This document shows positions 29,459 to 31,734 of a stretch of DNA of 31,734 nucleotides, piece after piece. A program made the position numbers and the translations under genes. The first letter of the stretch is position 1. Each line of letters begins with the position of its first letter. The stretch spans positions 21,648 to 53,381 of the forward strand of contig MTSL01000125.1 in assembly GCA_002794465.1 (NCBI GenBank), read 5' to 3'. The notes beneath the pieces were generated by a model. It searched no databases, was not told the DNA's origin, and was given only the letters and a program-made list of their open reading frames with translations. The stretch comes from Paramicrosporidium saccamoebae KSL3. Its lineage: Eukaryota; Fungi; Cryptomycota.

Positions 29459-31236
29459 ATGGCCGCAGCCTTGCCGGGGTTGATGATGTACCCAGTGTTC
29501 TTGCTTCTGCTCGGCCAGTTCGTGAAAGCCCTTCAGTTTGGAAAACTCTTTAAACCCATAGGTTCGAACTATATGGTGACAAGGGAAACTGTCTCTGAAA
29601 TACACATAGATGGGGCAGTGTACTACACTGCACTGCGCTTGGAGGCTGACTCGCTCATTATGCCTTTTGTAAAAGGCATGGGGCTCTGGCACATTCCCAA
29701 AAATAGTGGGGCCATGGTTACTCTAAGCCCTGCTGATGACGAGGTCAAGATGCAACCGGGCGATGTACTTATCATCTACAAATCCGGCTCTGCTACGCCG
29801 GACCTGTACCGAGGCGCTACTGCAGAGAATCTGGAGAAGATGCTTAGAGACAATTCACCCACGGCGGTAGTCTTTGGTGTTGTCATCCAGGATGATTCTG
29901 CACCGAGTAAAAAAGTTGCGCAATCTGCACCAAACTATGGATTCACTGACATGTTCTCCAACGAGATTGGCGGCTCTCCAATGGAAATATCGCAGTCGAT
30001 CGTTCTCGTAAAAGCGATGGGAAAAACACCTCAAACTGCGTATATTGATGCGGATGGAAATCTCAAGGTTACATTAATGAGAAGGCAGTGTGGAATCGCT
30101 CTTTTTAGGGGTGGTGAAAAAGTCGAAAAAGGGTTCTAGATACGAACGGTATCGCAACTATTGGGCAAATCGTGGAGGGCGATTGTTTCATTATGGTGGT
30201 AGCCGTTGAGGGGGGCAATACGGGGAAAGCAATGGTGGAGGAACTGCTAAACAAGCTGCCAGGTGGGTTTGCAGAAAGTAAGGGCGTTCTAACACAGGGA
30301 GAGCATCCTAAACTTGCAATTTTTGGAGCAATGATTACCAACGTTAAAAACTATCTGGAAGAAGTAACAATTGTTGGCGAGGGTAAAGTGACACATGGAT
30401 CGTTTCCCTATCCACCTAGAGAAGCTTCTTGGTTTTTCGATGGCGACACTATGGTTGTCCGAAATCGGGATTTATTAGCTCTTCGCGTCAAGATCAATGA
30501 TAAAGGCGTGGATGGCTACGCCGATAAAAGAAACTTTGCAAAAGAACGTGTTGAATTGTCGAATTTGGAGCCGCGTGACATTGTGGTCATCTTAGGCGAT
30601 AGAGACGATTTAGGATCGGATTTTGACGTGTCCAATTTCAAGAAAAGCCTTTCTAGCTGCAAAAACTCGACGGATCTCCGAGACGTATTGATGAGAGTGA
30701 AAACTAGCGATTCCATCAATATCATGGCGGCCTTTATTACAAACGAAATACCGTCTTCCGTGTTGAAAATGGCCAGTATCACGACTAACCAAGCTGCAAT
30801 TGCCGCCGATCCTCGCCTATCCTGGGCCGCTGATGACTCTGGGATTAGCGTTTCGTTGGCAGGGACGGTGAGCGCCTCTGCCTCGATTAATTTTGTGGAG
30901 CGCAACAAAGTGTCCATCCAACAGAGCGGTGGAGCAATGGCATTAATTTTTGACATTCACGGTGGTCTTAAGCACAGGCTTATAGCACTAGAATCGGTTA
31001 AAGGACGGGCTTTTTACTTGAAAGAGGGAAAAGACGTTTATAGCAATGGTTGCGTTGAAGCAGAACGTGGTGATACCGCCATGATTTTCTTGCCGCTTAC
31101 AGATAAGGTGCACATGTTAGATCTGGAAATTGTTGGCCGTAGTACTATTAGCGACAACTTTGATTCGATTATTTCCAAGTTTTTTCCAAAAGGCACTTTT
31201 GCAGTTGTTGTTGCGCGCATCGGGAGAAGGGACTAG
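29459..31236 (+). CDS. Secreted hypothetical protein with four degenerate ~130-165 aa repeats, weakly PP2C/SpoIIE-like; probably one gene (intron 30111..30139 or 30114..30139, or a 1-nt frameshift)
   Basis: Signal peptide MMYPVFLLLLGQFVKA. ORFs 29459..30139 and 30172..31236 join in frame if a 29- or 26-nt GT-AG segment is removed. Repeated motifs QPGDVLII, EGDCFIMV, EPRDIVVI and ERGDTAMI. AATAAA at 31263..31268. Confidence 0.55.
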
Positions 31237-31734
31237 GATGGATTTAGTTGACACGCCCGATAAATAAACGCGAAATGATAGTGGGACGTAGAAGACTGAT
31301 TAGTTGGGTATTTGAGGATAGTTTCCTAGTTTGGAGAAGGGATAATCAGAACAATTGATGAAGGATAATGAGATCTTTACCATTTGAGGATTATGTTATT
31401 TGTGAGCCTATAAATGGGTCGTTGGATTGACTGAAGAAATTCTCTTCTCACCTAAACTGGGCCGTGGTTGAGTGGGGATCAGTTCATCTGCGTCTATAAG
31501 TAAAGTAGCAGCATAGCTCGTAAATACTCTACCAACATCACTGGTCAGTTTCGGCAATCATGATTGTCACGTGGTGTCTCAACAGCCTACGTAGAGGTGG
31601 TTTTATTATATGCTGGGTTCTGCTGTTGTGTAATGTCGGACAGAGAGGGAAAGATCAGAGGTGGCAACTTATGGTTGGCGGGCTTTGACTTTTCGTCCTG
31701 AGTAAGTGACCTGCTGATCAGTCTACCACAGCGC

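Noticed and set aside
1-31734. tRNA, rRNA, transposase or reverse-transcriptase genes
   Set aside because: I recognised no cloverleaf, rRNA motif or transposon protein motif by eye; tRNAscan-SE and Infernal would be needed to exclude them formally.

Overview
Gene-dense eukaryotic DNA read in the standard code, not a prokaryotic window. Most genes are interrupted by very short GT-AG introns, which fragments the supplied ORF track; the 16 I could reconstruct are all 29-34 nt. Gene content and compactness suggest an early-diverging fungal relative, probably Rozellomycota or Paramicrosporidium-like (inference, not searched). Core genes in order: DMC1, isovaleryl-CoA dehydrogenase, GDP-mannose pyrophosphorylase, a GT8+GT64 glycosyltransferase fusion, a PITH protein, a UBA-C2H2-UBX protein, a small C8orf76-like protein, TRM11, an RNB exoribonuclease (DSS1-like), two head-to-head class C GPCRs, an apparently inactive CE4 chitin-deacetylase homolog, and coatomer alpha. 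After about 24.6 kb the window becomes accessory-like: a locally duplicated orphan gene with a 238-bp identical tract, a 4-TM orphan, a 1.2-kb non-coding stretch containing a candidate pseudoknot, and a secreted protein with four degenerate repeats. The strongest candidate for an undescribed system is the divergent class C GPCR pair, whose start codons are 153 bp apart. One copy keeps the mGluR-type amino-acid-binding residues. The other has a degenerate pocket and a long Gly/Pro repeat ectodomain, which suggests a co-regulated heterodimeric sensor. A second theme is non-coding: AATAAA signals, G/T-rich downstream repeats and mirrored C/A-rich repeats, including a 33-bp fully pairable stem. 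Family assignments come from remembered motifs, not database searches.
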